Assembly (NCBI GenBank): GCA_964572175.1
Contig: CAZNEH010000002.1
Coordinates: 1,406-65,405, forward strand
Length of the DNA stretch: 64,000 nt
Direction of reading: 5' to 3'
From: an uncultured Gammaproteobacteria bacterium
GTDB taxonomy: Bacteria; Patescibacteriota; Patescibacteriia; UBA9570; CAZNEH01
The notes below the pieces were generated by a model. That model was not told where the DNA came from. It did not search any database and was given only the letters and a program-made list of their open reading frames with translations. Every line of letters begins with the position of its first letter. Position 1 is the first letter of the stretch. This document shows positions 63,990-64,000 of this stretch, one piece after another. A program made the translations under genes and the position numbers.

Positions 63990-64000
63990 GATGTCTCCGT

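Overview
AT-rich bacterial chromosome segment read in the standard code 11. Gene content and style suggest Patescibacteria/CPR (inference). Housekeeping genes: lexA, a radical-SAM/HhH repair gene, murE, rpoB-rpoC, guaB/guaA, ftsK, a RodZ-like HTH gene, recA, groES-groEL, uvrA and pcrA/uvrD. It also holds an S8 protease, a translationally coupled hydrolase/ATP-grasp cluster, and three giant secreted paralogs with a near-identical 3' module (one split by a 1-nt frameshift in a G5 run). The main unexplained structure is eight GC-rich, C-ending-codon genes at six separate loci among AT-rich host genes. Most are complete transcription units: a TTGnnn-17-TA(A/G)nnT promoter, a Shine-Dalgarno folded into a hairpin, and their own terminator. 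The GC-rich composition starts about at the predicted transcription start and ends at the terminator U-tract. In one of these genes the terminator loop is a perfect 14-nt complement of the mRNA 5' end. The last three form a cassette array separated by an 80-bp terminator+promoter repeat and include ACP and ACP-mimic proteins. Also present: direct-repeat LexA boxes next to DnaA boxes at lexA and recA, six triplex-type (BoxC/PIT-like) repeats, GTAG-type REP palindromes, in-frame palindromic repeats in rpoB and ftsK, and a candidate structured ncRNA. No rRNA, tRNA, CRISPR array, integrase or transposase was seen.
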